In this document: piece after piece, positions 40,663-51,478 of the stretch
Numbering within the stretch: position 1 is the first letter of the stretch
Layout: each line of letters opens with the position of its first letter
Source: Candidatus Krumholzibacteriia bacterium
Lineage (GTDB): Bacteria; Krumholzibacteriota; Krumholzibacteriia; Krumholzibacteriales; Krumholzibacteriaceae
DNA length: 64,000 nucleotides
Direction: 5' to 3'
NCBI GenBank assembly: GCA_963836185.1
Contig: CAWIIQ010000003.1
Location: 448,001-512,000, forward strand
The notes under the pieces: model-generated
What the model saw: the letters and a program-made list of their open reading frames with translations, nothing else
Told to the model about the DNA's origin: nothing
Databases searched by the model: none
Made by a program: the position numbers and the translations under genes

Positions 40663-41154
40663 TTAGTCTGAAAAATCCTCGCAAAAGATCACTTCGACGA
40701 TTTTGTACGTCTTCATCCCGACGGGCAGTTGCACGTCCACGACTTCACCCTGCTTGTGGCCGATGAGCGCTCTTGCCAGTGGAGCGGTGTAAGCGATGAT
40801 ACCCTTATCATAATCGGATTCGCCTTCGCCGAGAAACGTGAATATCATCTCGTCACTGGAGTTGACGTCTTTTATTTTTACCTGTTTGCCGAAGGTTACG
40901 GTGTTTTCTGGAAGGAGTTCTTGTTTTCGAACTACATTGGATCCGGAAAGCCGTCTTTGAAGTTCGCGTAGCTTGTTTGCATAGAATACTTGCTTTTCCT
41001 TTGCGGCGCTGTACTCGGCGTTTTCCTTCAGGTCGCCGTGGGCGGCTGCTGTCGCGATTTCTTTTGCGATATCTTGTTTGACCAGTTTGTCCAATCGTTG
41101 GATCTCGTCCCTCAGTTTAAGATAGCCTTTTTCGGTGCAGTAGTATTGAGCCAT
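40663..41154 (-). CDS. greA: Transcription elongation factor GreA
   Basis: AHGDLKENAEY, PLARALIG, VQLPVG; visibly AT-richer than flanks. Confidence 0.95.
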   Translation of the reverse strand: MAQYYCTEKGYLKLRDEIQRLDKLVKQDIAKEIATAAAHGDLKENAEYSAAKEKQVFYANKLRELQRRLSGSNVVRKQELLPENTVTFGKQVKIKDVNSSDEMIFTFLGEGESDYDKGIIAYTAPLARALIGHKQGEVVDVQLPVGMKTYKIVEVIFCEDFSD

Positions 41155-41532
41155 GTCAGCCTCTTGATAGGGTGAACTCTTTAAAATCTCCTATTAAGAA
41201 AGATCTATTTAATATGGTCGCGAGCGCCGCAACCTTCGTCGCGGTGCCAGCAGTTATGAACTGAACTATATTATAATAGGGAACTTCATTGCAACAGTCC
41301 GCGCATCTCCTTCCGAAGCCAGGGTCGGATGGCAGCGATAGTCAAAGATAAGTGCTTGTTATAAAAGTCAATACGTCATGATCATGAAAAATGTTACAAG
41401 ATTCAGTGTACACTGAGAAATAAGACGATTTGCTTTTCCGCGGTTCGCTTGGATACTGGTTGCCAGCACCGTAAGCAGTCCTGGGACCACTTGACTAAGA
41501 CGAGTCGATGGTTCGAATTCTTTGCGACGGTG

Positions 41533-41567
41533 TCCACCATTTAAACACATCGCTCATAGCATGGGCG
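41533..41567 (+). repeat. Direct repeat copy 2 (tmRNA 3' end duplicate), att-like
   Basis: tccaccatttaaacacatcgctcatagcatgggcg, preceded by a degenerate T-loop ggttcgaattc. Confidence 0.9.
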
Positions 41568-41625
41568 TGACCTGCCCCCCGATTTAATACCACTCTGAGA
41601 CTCAAACTGCCTCCTTGATTGACCC

Positions 41626-42231
41626 TCACTTCAGTATGACGACCGATCTTGTCAGATCGATGTCACCTGCAGAAAGCCTCACGAAGTAGACTCCAGACGG
41701 GACGCGTGCGCCTATACTGTTTCTCAGGTCCCATACGAAGTTTCGCTCGCCGGTCGAACCGGCTGCATCGTTCCAGCCGCGAACGAGGCGGCCGGCAGCG
41801 TCGTAGACGAGGAGACGTACAGGCTGCGGCTTTCCGGTGCGGAACCGGAAATTGATCCCGCCCTGTGCCGGATTGGGCCATGGCGGCGCGAAATAGAACT
41901 CGGAGCCGGTGATGTCGTGCTCGACTGAGGTCACCTCGCCGGTCACCTCGACGCCCCTGATATATCCGACCGCATAATCGTCGACACGTACCTCGAGGTC
42001 GTACGTTCCGGGGGGTATGTCGTCGATACAGAAGGCTCCCGTTTCGTCCGTAGCGCCGTGATGCCCCGTGTATGCTCCCGCTTGTGTACGAACGAAGATG
42101 CCGGCCCGGGCGATGTTTTCGCCCGTTGTACCGTCGCGGATCGTCCCGCATATCGTCCCCGCCGACAGATTCCCTGTCGCCAGTATAGCTGTGAGCAGGA
42201 GAGAAGACGCTAAGATTTTCCATCGTCTCAT
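41626..42231 (-). CDS. Secreted protein, carboxypeptidase-regulatory-like domain plus FlgD/T9SS-like sorting domain
   Basis: Signal peptide; GTICGTIRD..TDETG.F.I..IPPGTY; WPNP..VYDAAGRLVR..WD..SGVYFVRL. Confidence 0.85.
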   Translation of the reverse strand: MRRWKILASSLLLTAILATGNLSAGTICGTIRDGTTGENIARAGIFVRTQAGAYTGHHGATDETGAFCIDDIPPGTYDLEVRVDDYAVGYIRGVEVTGEVTSVEHDITGSEFYFAPPWPNPAQGGINFRFRTGKPQPVRLLVYDAAGRLVRGWNDAAGSTGERNFVWDLRNSIGARVPSGVYFVRLSAGDIDLTRSVVILK

Positions 42232-42246
42232 ATCAGTGTCTCCCGC

Positions 42247-44637
42247 TTACGGATGTACGAATATATTTGACGAGGGGCCGATCGGTCCGGAAGGCGCCTG
42301 CACTGTTCCACCGCCATCCCATCCGCCGGGTCCGCCTGTTCCCCCGCTGCCAGTCGACCAGGTATTATTTATTAGTACAGGAGCGATCCCTCCATAGATG
42401 TACACTCCTACGCTCGGGCCGCCGGGGCCTCCCTGACCGCCGCCGCCGTGTCCTCCGCTGCCTCCATGTCCTCCGTTGCCTCCGGCACCGGCACTTCCGC
42501 TGCCGTCTATTAAGCCGGCGCCGCCAGCCCCGCCAGCGCCGCCCGACCCGCCCGTTCCGCCGTCGCTTCCCCGCCATCCGTTTCCGCCGTTGCCGGCCTG
42601 CACATAGCAGGAATCGATGAAAGAGTTACTCGAGATGCTGAGGACCGCAATCGAAGCGCCGCCGGGATATCCGCCTACTCCGCCAGCTCCGCCGCCGCCG
42701 CCGCCGCCACCACCACCGCCTCCGGCACCATTGATGTAGCAGGTGGAATAGTCGAAAAGGGCACCTCCGCCGCCACCGCCGCTGCCGCCCTGTCCGGCCG
42801 TGCCGCTGGTTCCTGACGAGCTGCTTTCTCCTGCCCAGGCGGTTCCGGCAATGGTACCGTAACTTGCCCCTATAGGCGAGTCGGTCGATCCATCGCCTCC
42901 AATCGATCCATTTCCGCCGAGTCCACCGTCATCCGCATCGTATGAGCAGTTCGTCGCGCTAGCGCCGCCGGTTCCTCCATACGGACCCGCGCCTGTTTCG
43001 CCGTCAAGCAATATCATTTGTGCGAAGCTGTCAAAAAATCCTCCGTCTCCGCCATTATATCCCGGAGCTTCTCCAGCGCCTCCATAACCTCCGACACAAT
43101 ACCAGAGACACCCCGATTCATTCGGGTCGCATGCGTCCTGTCCTTCTCCGCCCGTATCTCCTGCGATCCCGTTCTCACCATCCGGGGGGGTTGAGAGAGC
43201 CGCTGTAGCGTTGCCTGCTATGATGCGGCAGTCCTGGAATATGAGCGTCGAGTCGCACGAGATGAGCTTCAGCGCGATAGAGCTGCTGCCGCTTCCCTGA
43301 GCCGTCTCCGCTTCTATCTCGAGGCCTCTTATCGTCGCATTCGTGACGTTATCCGCCACAGCGACATGCTCGTAATATGACTGGAGCCAGACCTGGGAAT
43401 AGCTTCCTGGATCTCTCGTCCAACCCGTCTCCCTGTCATATCCGCCCCAGACGGATACATTGCTCTTGAACTGTATATCTTCCCAGTAAGAGCCCTTGTG
43501 GACTATTACCGGGACGCCGATGGGTTCGGCGATATCGATCCCGTGCTGGATCGTCCTGACCGGCTGGGAGGGTGTGCCGGGGCTCGAGTCGTCCCCTTCC
43601 TCGCCCCAGACGTATATCCCGCCGCGGACATGATATTCGAGCACCGCGAGCCCAATCGCGCCGTCGTCGTCGGTGACGCGGACCTTGGCGCGGTAACTCC
43701 CCGTGTCGGGCGCCGCGAAGCTTGCAGCCCAGGCGGATGGGTTGGCATAGTCGAAGGTGCCGTCATCCTCGAAGTCCCATTCGACGAGAACGATGGAACC
43801 GTCAGGGTCGTCGCCGGCCGCATTGAACTGGACCGGCTCGTATATATTGGGGGAGGGGAGAGCTGGAAACGGAAGTATCTCGACGACTGGCGCCATGTTC
43901 GACTCGCGGGGGAGTTCCATGCTGGCAAGCCCGGTGGAGTCGCCCGCGAATGAAAGCGTGCCTGCCGTGTTCCGGTCGAGCCATCCGGTATGTGTCGCCT
44001 GGATCGTATGATCACCGATCGGCACGCCCCTGAGCTCGTAGTCTCCGACTGCGTCGGTAACGGCGACGTTGGAGCTTCCGGTGACATAGACGACCGTGCT
44101 CGAGTGGTCCGTAGCGTTCTGAAGTGTCGCGTTGCCCGTGAAGGTGCCTGTGGGCAGGAGGGCGATATCTACGAGTGTAGTATCGGCCGTCGCTGCTGCC
44201 GTCTTTGATATCTCGGCATACCCTGAGCCCGCGAGGTGGTCCTTCGCATTCGATTCGAGCAGGTATATTCCTTCTTCGAGCCTGTCGAAGGCGTACCTGC
44301 CCTCTGTGTCGCTGATCGTCACCCGGATGCCGGAGAGGGTCGGGAAGGTGGTCGCGGGGCCTACCCCGGATTTTCCCAGCTCGTCCTTCGCGATGTTCTC
44401 TATCATCGCGGCGACGCTCAGGGTGACTCCGTCGATGACAGGTTCGAGCCGTACCGTGGCGTTAGCTACGCCTGCGTCGCCGTCGTGGACAGTCCCTGTC
44501 AGGACGCCGCCGATGGGCGAGGAAGGGATCGGGTCAAAGGTCGTTTCATCGTCGCCGCAGTTCGTCATAAGCAGCATGGCGAGAAGCGCGCATACGACCA
44601 CCAGGGATCTTTTCCTGTAATGGAAGCAATCGTTCAT
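42247..44637 (-). CDS. Large lipoprotein: carboxypeptidase-regulatory-like, PKD, DUF1565-like and Gly-rich (PGRS-like) regions
   Basis: Lipobox MTNC; DPDGSIVLVEWDFEDDG; GDDSSPGTPSQPVRTIQHGI; long GGxGGxG tracts. Confidence 0.8.
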   Translation of the reverse strand: MNDCFHYRKRSLVVVCALLAMLLMTNCGDDETTFDPIPSSPIGGVLTGTVHDGDAGVANATVRLEPVIDGVTLSVAAMIENIAKDELGKSGVGPATTFPTLSGIRVTISDTEGRYAFDRLEEGIYLLESNAKDHLAGSGYAEISKTAAATADTTLVDIALLPTGTFTGNATLQNATDHSSTVVYVTGSSNVAVTDAVGDYELRGVPIGDHTIQATHTGWLDRNTAGTLSFAGDSTGLASMELPRESNMAPVVEILPFPALPSPNIYEPVQFNAAGDDPDGSIVLVEWDFEDDGTFDYANPSAWAASFAAPDTGSYRAKVRVTDDDGAIGLAVLEYHVRGGIYVWGEEGDDSSPGTPSQPVRTIQHGIDIAEPIGVPVIVHKGSYWEDIQFKSNVSVWGGYDRETGWTRDPGSYSQVWLQSYYEHVAVADNVTNATIRGLEIEAETAQGSGSSSIALKLISCDSTLIFQDCRIIAGNATAALSTPPDGENGIAGDTGGEGQDACDPNESGCLWYCVGGYGGAGEAPGYNGGDGGFFDSFAQMILLDGETGAGPYGGTGGASATNCSYDADDGGLGGNGSIGGDGSTDSPIGASYGTIAGTAWAGESSSSGTSGTAGQGGSGGGGGGALFDYSTCYINGAGGGGGGGGGGGGAGGVGGYPGGASIAVLSISSNSFIDSCYVQAGNGGNGWRGSDGGTGGSGGAGGAGGAGLIDGSGSAGAGGNGGHGGSGGHGGGGQGGPGGPSVGVYIYGGIAPVLINNTWSTGSGGTGGPGGWDGGGTVQAPSGPIGPSSNIFVHP

Positions 44638-44948
44638 GAGGTTTCTCCCGAGCCGTCTGGTTGTTGAAAATATTATTGTTTCGTAGATGGATTTACCGCT
44701 TTTCTACTCTGATATTATATCACAAAGGAATTAATGGGGGGGATAATTTCCGAACAGATTTTGGTATATGCCGCGCGGACCATGGCTTTCTTGCACTGCT
44801 CAGGCGACAGCAGATATTTCGCTCTGTTACCCTGACGTTCCGCCCGCCTCGATTTCAGCGCGACCTTGTACGGGTAACGGCCGAGCAGGTAGAAGGCCAT
44901 CACAGATCGGATGTGGGGCAGATTCCCGATACCTCGGCCATTTCTTTC

Positions 44949-44968
44949 CCCCGCATGAACATGCGGGG
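44949..44968. promoter_or_regulatory. Perfect 9-2-9 inverted repeat between divergent surface-protein genes
   Basis: ccccgcatg-aa-catgcgggg. Confidence 0.4.
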
Positions 44969-45120
44969 TTCCGCTCGCTATTTGCCCGGAAACATGTAAA
45001 CACTACATATTCGTGCGGCTTATATAACCCTCCGGTTTCTTTTAAAATCAGTCAGGAATTTGGGTAAGACTCTGGTGTCAGTAAGGGACCCTGAACAACG
45101 GGAGTACCGGGAGGTTTTTT

Positions 45121-48100
45121 ATGAAGTCGAGGTTTTTGCTTATTCTGGCGGCAGTCGTGCTTCTCAGCGTGTGGACAGTCGGCTGCAGTGATGACGGTCC
45201 GGCTGAGCCGGAGCCGACTCAGCCCACGACGGGAACCGTCGTTGTAAATCCAGCTCCTGACACTCTTGACTGTACATGGCAGTTGACCGGGCCATCGAGC
45301 TACGATCATAACGGCACCGGCGGTGAGACCCTGACAAGCCTTACGCCCGGTGACTATACTCTGACGTGGGGCGCTGTATCGGGGTGGAACACGCCCGATC
45401 CGGTCAGCCCGACACTGGCCCTGGCGGCCGGCAAGACAACAACATTCAACGGTACATACACGGCGGCAGTGACAGAAGCAGTCGGTACACCGGGCGCGCC
45501 GACAGGACCAGCGACCGGTGTTGAGAACCAGGACCTGTCATACTCAGCTTCCGGAGCGGTCAGTAATCTTGGCCATACCGTGGAATACAGGTTTGACTGG
45601 GGTGACGGAAGCTTCTCCGACTGGGGAACGACGGCCGTTCAGCATTCCTGGGCGACGGCGGAAACATACGATGTAAAGGCTCAGGCACGCTGTATCGATC
45701 ATCCAACATTCGTGTCCGAGTGGTCCGCCGCGACCACGGTCACGATTTCAGTATACGTAGCGGAGACAGTCAGCGCTCCCGTAACGCCGACCGGTTCGGC
45801 GACCAACCAGGTCGGCCAGACCTCTGCCTACAGCAGCTCTGGCGCAGTGAGCAGCTACGACGATGATCTGCAGTACAGGTTCGACTGGGGAGACGGATCA
45901 TTCTCGGGCTGGTCGGTCTCGACTTCGGCGTCACATTCATGGTCCGCTGAGGGCCCTTTCGATGTCAGGGCGCAGGCTCGCTGTGCCGATCATGTGGCGG
46001 TGGAATCCGGCTGGTCCCCTGTGCTGACGGTGACGATCACATCCGCGCCGGAAGAGGCGGTGTCTGAACCTGGCGCCCCTGCCGGCCCTGTCTCTGGCGA
46101 GACCGGTGATAATCTGATGTATACGGCAAGCGGTGCTGCAAGCAGCTTCGGCGATCTTGTGGAATATCGCTTTGATTTTGATGACGGCACCATTTCGCCG
46201 TGGTTGGGCGCAGCGACCAGTCGTTCACATGTCTGGTCGACCGCCGGTTCATATTATGTGATAGTTCAGGCCCGCTGCAGGACCCATCCCGCGATCGAAT
46301 CCGACTGGTCGGCAGCGACGACAGTAGTTATATCTGATCCGGCCGAGATCATTGCCAGCCCTCCCGGAGCGATCAATGGAGTCGCCGCCGGCATTATCAA
46401 CGATCCTTACGATTATGTCGTTTATCACAGCACACAGACGAATCTCGGCCACGCGGTCGAGGGCCGGTTCGACTGGGGTGACGGACGTATTCGGACTGGA
46501 TAGCGACGGCTCCGTACGAGGCGACACACACGTGGCCAACCGAAGGTACCTATACCGTGAAATACGAGGCCAGGTGCTCGCTTCATAACGACATTTCCTA
46601 CTCGGCCGATTCACTGGTAGTCACAATGACCACAACTGCTGTCGAGACTATCAGTAAGCCGGGATTCGTGAGCTATTCATATGACTTGAGGAATCCGGAG
46701 ATCAATGTTGAAAGATCGTACTATGCCTCCGGGGGCGCCAGTTCGCTGGGACACGATGTGGAAGTCAGGATTGACTGGGGCGATGGAACTATGAGTGACT
46801 GGGTGCCTAACGCAACCTTTGTCTCCAAGACCTGGACTCATGCGAAGGAACCTTCGAGCTGATAAGGCAGTCCGCTGCATCGACCATCCCGAGGTCGTGT
46901 CCGAGTGGTCAGATCCGACCCTTATTTACCCGAGGGCTCCGGAAACAGTCAGTACTCCTGACGCTCCTCCCGGCCCGACCGTAGGACACAGGTACGATAA
47001 TATGGCTTACACCGGCACCGGCTCGGAAAGCAGCTGGCACGACGGCTACATGGAATATCGTTTCGACTGGGGTGACGGGACAGCGATCACTGAGTGGGCA
47101 ACGGATACCACCCTGGTACATCAGTTCACAGCCTATGGTGAGTACGAAGTCAAGACCCAGGCACGGTGCCGTTACCCGGGCCATGGCGAGACCGAATCCG
47201 AATGGTCGCCGCCCACGACGGTCAACATCGTCGAGAAGGTCACCATATACCAGTTTGCCCCCCGGGGCCCGTATTTCGGAGCCGTTGGTGAGAGCCAGAC
47301 TTATGAGGCGTACGCCGAAGCAAGATCAGACGCGGGGCATACGACCTTTGAATACCAGTTTGACTTTGGCGACGGGACCTTCTCCGACTGGTCATCTTCT
47401 ATGAGCGCCGAACACATATACACAGCGGTCGGTACGTATCATGTCTACTATCGGGCCCGCTGTGCCGTTGATACCGACGCGGTTTCGGAATGGTCAGAAC
47501 AGTATCGCACGCTTGAGATTACCGATGCTCCCGAAGTGGTCAGCACTCCTGACGTACCAGGCACCTCCCCGTCATCGGGAATCATTGTGGGCGAGGAGAT
47601 ACATGTCAGCACCAGCCATTCTTTCAGCAATCATGGGCATCCAGTGGAATTCCAGTTCGATTTTGGCGATGGTACCTTAAGCGACTGGACAGCGGGCACT
47701 CCCTGGTCGAGTTTTTATCAGGTGACGGTGCCTTATACCTACACATCAATCGGTGAGTTTGAGGTCACGGTCAAGGCCAGGTGCGCAACACATCCGGCTG
47801 TTGAATCAGCTGTGTCGGTGATACGGCCTATCACTGTCAACGAGGATATTACTGCGCCTGCAGCACCGACCGGGCCGGCAACCGGTACCGTCGGGGCGAA
47901 CCTCACCTTTTCGACTACAGGCAGTACCAGCAGTGAGGGGCACACACTCGAGTACTCCTTTGAGTATCGGCGCGGTACATATACCGTCGTCCACACCTCT
48001 GACTGGTCGACTTCCCTGTCTGACGACCATGTCTTCACGGAAGCCAGGTCCGATTACAGCGTCAGGGTCTATGCGAGGTGCGTGACTCACACCGGTTCGG

Positions 48101-48144
48101 TATCCCTGCCTTCGGCCCGATTCTATTTCACGATCACGGAATAG
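45121..48144 (+). CDS. Lipoprotein with nine PKD-like repeats, frameshifts near 46490 and 46850
   Basis: GGAGG RBS, lipobox TVGC; repeated EYRFDWGDG..S.W..H.W..ARC..H..S.WS across three consecutive ORFs. Confidence 0.85.
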
Positions 48145-48184
48145 AGAGTCGAATCGTTCGAGGATCACGTAGCAGGCAGCAAAA

Positions 48185-48217
48185 GGAAAGGCCGCTCGAG
48201 AGAGCGGCCTTTCTTTA
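48185..48217. terminator. Bidirectional terminator between convergent genes
   Basis: gaaaggccgctc-gaga-gagcggcctttc with A and T tracts on either side. Confidence 0.88.
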
Positions 48218-48238
48218 TCGTCGTTATCGTGAATTCCC

Positions 48239-50200
48239 TCAGGCGCCGCCAGCCTCTTTCGATTTCGCTGCCGATTTGTACAGGTACCATCCGAGCAGCC
48301 CGAAGATCGCCGCCGAGACGATCTGGCCGAGCCATTCGGCAGGGTATTCTATCTGCAGGAACTTCGGAGTCTGCGTCATGATCACCGCTATGACCGCGAT
48401 AACCACTCCGAGAAGGCCCTCTCCGGCGATAAGGCCCGAGCTGAGAAGGATGCCGTCATCGTTGCTCTTGCCGGCCCCTTCCTCCTTCTTCTTGTATTTC
48501 TTGTCGATCATGTGCCGGATGACCCCGCCGATAAAGACCGGTGTCATCGTGTTGAGAGGAAGGTAGATGCCGACCGCAAACGGCAGGGGCGGAATCTTGA
48601 AGAGCATGATCACGATGGAGAATGCCGCTCCGACACCTACCAGGTCCCACCTGAGATTTCCGTCGAGCACGCCGTCGAGAACCGTCTTCATCAGCGTAGC
48701 CTGCGGGGCGGGCAGTTCAGCCGACCCGAACCCGTACGCCTTTCCGAGGTAGAAGAGGGCAAGGCAGACGAAGAAGGCCGATCCAATCGCGCCCATGAGC
48801 TCGCTGATCTGCTGTTTTCTCGGGGTGGCGCCGAGGATGTACCCTGTCTTGAGGTCCTGCGAGATGTCCCCCGCGATCGAGGCGGCGATGCAGACAATCG
48901 TACCGATCGTCAGCGCCGTCACCTTGCCTGTCAGGTCGGTCCATCCCAGCAGCTTGAATATCACGCCGACGCCGAGCAGGGTCACTATCGCCATCCCCGA
49001 GGTCGGGTTCGACGAAACACCGATCATTCCCACGATCCTGGATGATACGGTAACGAAGCAGAAGGCGAAGATCGCGATCGCTATCGCGCTGCAGAACCGC
49101 ATGATCATAGTAGTGTCGTGTCCGATGATGCCGGGGATGAAGGTCACGAGCAGCACGACTGCCGAAACGCCGAGAAGAACGTACTTGATCGAGAGGTCCT
49201 GCTCCGTCCGCAGCTTGCCGGCGTTGAGAAGGGCCGCGCTGGAGCGGAGCTCCTTCAATCCTATCTTGAGCGAGCTGATCATCGTCGGAACCGACTTGAT
49301 GACCGTTATGATGCCGGCCGACGCGACGGCGCCGGCGCCGATAATCCTGATGTAGCCGTCCCAGATCTGCCACGGTGAAAGCTGGCCGATCGTCGTGATC
49401 GAAGGGTCGAGGCCCTTCGACTGGAGGTAGAGCAGAGTATTAGGCCATATCTCCATGTCGCCGAACTTCCAGGCTATGACAGGGATGAGCACTACCCACG
49501 AGATCAGGCCGCCTCCTACCATGATCGCGCCGATACGCCGACCGAGGATATATCCGACACCGAGCAGGGCCGGAGTCGTCGAGACCCCTACGACAGCTTT
49601 CTTGATCAGCGGAAGCCTTATCGCGACACTGGACGGCCAGAGGTAGAGAAAAGAGGTAAGGCCGGTGTAGAGGGCGCCGATGCCGAGTCCCTTGAAAACG
49701 CCCTTCGCGGAGGCGCCGCCTCCGCCCGTCGCCGCTATCAGCACCTCGGCGCTGGCTGTTCCCTCCGGATACGGGAGCGTCTTGTGCTCCTTGACTATGA
49801 GGAAGTTCCTCAGGGGAATCATGAAGAGGACACCGAGCGTTCCGCCGCACATCGCGAGCAGTGTTATCTGGAGCAGGGGAGCGTCATATCCCCAGATAAA
49901 CAGCGCCGGTATCGTGAATATCAGTCCCGATGCGAGCGAGGAACTGGCCGAGCCGGTAGTCTGGGAGATGTTACATTCGAGGATCGTCGGCTTGCCGAAG
50001 ATGGGGGTCAGAATCCTCAGGATCGCCACCGAGACGACCGCCAGGGGGATCGCCGTACTTATCGTAAGTCCCACTCTCAGGCCGAGATAGGCATTGGCGC
50101 TTCCGAAGACCGCTCCCAGGATTATGCCCAGGATGACCGTTTTCGGGTTGAAGTCCCTCATCTTCGTGTCGGCGGAAACGTAGGGTACGTGTTCACTCAA
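48239..50200 (-). CDS. OPT family oligopeptide transporter
   Basis: NAYLGLRVG, LPYPEGTA, SSNPTSG, QDLKTG, LPAPQA, SGLIAGE. Confidence 0.95.
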   Translation of the reverse strand: MSEHVPYVSADTKMRDFNPKTVILGIILGAVFGSANAYLGLRVGLTISTAIPLAVVSVAILRILTPIFGKPTILECNISQTTGSASSSLASGLIFTIPALFIWGYDAPLLQITLLAMCGGTLGVLFMIPLRNFLIVKEHKTLPYPEGTASAEVLIAATGGGGASAKGVFKGLGIGALYTGLTSFLYLWPSSVAIRLPLIKKAVVGVSTTPALLGVGYILGRRIGAIMVGGGLISWVVLIPVIAWKFGDMEIWPNTLLYLQSKGLDPSITTIGQLSPWQIWDGYIRIIGAGAVASAGIITVIKSVPTMISSLKIGLKELRSSAALLNAGKLRTEQDLSIKYVLLGVSAVVLLVTFIPGIIGHDTTMIMRFCSAIAIAIFAFCFVTVSSRIVGMIGVSSNPTSGMAIVTLLGVGVIFKLLGWTDLTGKVTALTIGTIVCIAASIAGDISQDLKTGYILGATPRKQQISELMGAIGSAFFVCLALFYLGKAYGFGSAELPAPQATLMKTVLDGVLDGNLRWDLVGVGAAFSIVIMLFKIPPLPFAVGIYLPLNTMTPVFIGGVIRHMIDKKYKKKEEGAGKSNDDGILLSSGLIAGEGLLGVVIAVIAVIMTQTPKFLQIEYPAEWLGQIVSAAIFGLLGWYLYKSAAKSKEAGGA

Positions 50201-50449
50201 TGTCCTCGGTCTCCTTTCGTTCCTTCATCGAACCGGGATATCTGAATATCAGAAGTCGCCGTTTCTGCGACCTGAGGGATGATACCTGAAGAATCAGCCC
50301 GCGACCAGTGCAAATTCCCCGAATTCCGGTATCACTATCTGTGAACTATACCCACAATTCACCCTATCAGGGGGTTTCAATACTCTTCGTTCTTCTGTAT
50401 AGTCAAGCTATTGAACAGGGGCTGATCTTGAATCAATGGGAGCTGACTG

Positions 50450-51389
50450 ATGTTACTGTCAGGAAAACAATCTATACTGCATCTTGCCATTCTTGTCCTG
50501 ATAACAGGATTGTCCGTATCAACCTGTATCAGCACAGGACCTCGAGCCGCGGTCCTTTTCACCGGCTCCGAAGGGATTGAATATCACCGGGGTTAGGGAT
50601 ACACACTGTCCGCAGGGTAATGTCTTCTTCGACAAGGCGCTTGAGATCGAAGATGCCACCGGGACAGTGCACGGCGCGACGGCGCTGTACGCGACGGACA
50701 TTCGGCCTGTTCGGAAAGTCGACCAAGGTCGTTGCCCTGGTCCCGTATGCCTGGGGTGACTGGGAAGGCCTGGTGGATGGGGAACCAGCGAGCACCTCCA
50801 GACGTGGGTTTGAAGATCCCGCAGTGCTGTTCGCAGTCGATCTGGTCGGGATCGCCCGGCGGTCGATCTGAAGGAGTTTGTCGCATATAAGGAAGGGATG
50901 ATCATAGGTGCGAGCTTACTGGCGGTCGTGCCGCTCGGGCAGTACGATCCTGCGAAGCTGATCAATCTCGGTGCCAACCGATGGGTCTTCCGTCCGAGGC
51001 TCGGATTCTCGGGCAGGTTGAGGAAGTGGACACTGGAGGCGATGGTGGACGCCTATTTCTTCACCGAGAATGATGAGGCTTACGGGGGAACAGTCTTCAC
51101 ACCAGGAGCCGCTTTATGCGCTCCAGGCCAACGTGATCTATACATTCAGGAGAGGGATGTGGCTGGCGGTCACTGTTGGGAGTAGCAGATGGAGGGCGGC
51201 CCAGCGTGAACGGTGTCGAAAAGGAAGAGATCGACATGAACACCCGGATGGGCGGTGTTTTCTCCGTTCCGATCACAGGCGATACAGCCTCAAGATGTTC
51301 TACACCAACAGCGTAAGAACGAGCACCGGGAGGGGATTATCGACCTGCTCGGCATCTCAGTTCAGTACAAGTGGGGCGGCGGAATCTGA
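50450..51389 (+). pseudogene. MetA-pathway/CoxB-like outer-membrane transporter, heavily frameshifted
   Basis: Fragments AQDLEPRSFSPAP, GFEDP, PLGQYDPAKLINLGANRW, FFTENDE, QYKWGGGI* lie in different frames. Confidence 0.7.
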
Positions 51390-51417
51390 TCTTTCCATAT
51401 TGCTGACTATAGAAGAA

Positions 51418-51453
51418 CACCCGGTGGACCGTGGAGTCTCACCGGGTGCCTTT
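51418..51453. terminator. Hairpin between convergent genes
   Basis: cacccggtg ... caccgggtg followed by ccttt. Confidence 0.6.
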
Positions 51454-51478
51454 ATGATCTGATATTTATCTTTGCGGA

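Noticed and set aside
41440-41539. Possible tRNA ending in ggttcgaattc...tccacca
   Set aside because: No cloverleaf can be built and T-loop to CCA spacing is wrong; better explained as a decayed copy of the tmRNA 3' end.
42660-42800. (CCG)n/(CCA)n tract as a tandem repeat or contingency locus
   Set aside because: It encodes the poly-Gly stretch of the 42247..44637 protein.
44715-44903. 62-aa minus-strand ORF
   Set aside because: No clear RBS or recognisable motif; not called as a gene.
45480-48100. Recurring gactggggtgacgg-like motifs as a CRISPR array or DGR repeats
   Set aside because: Spacing is about 280-300 nt, copies are degenerate and in frame as protein repeats; no cas or reverse transcriptase gene in the window.
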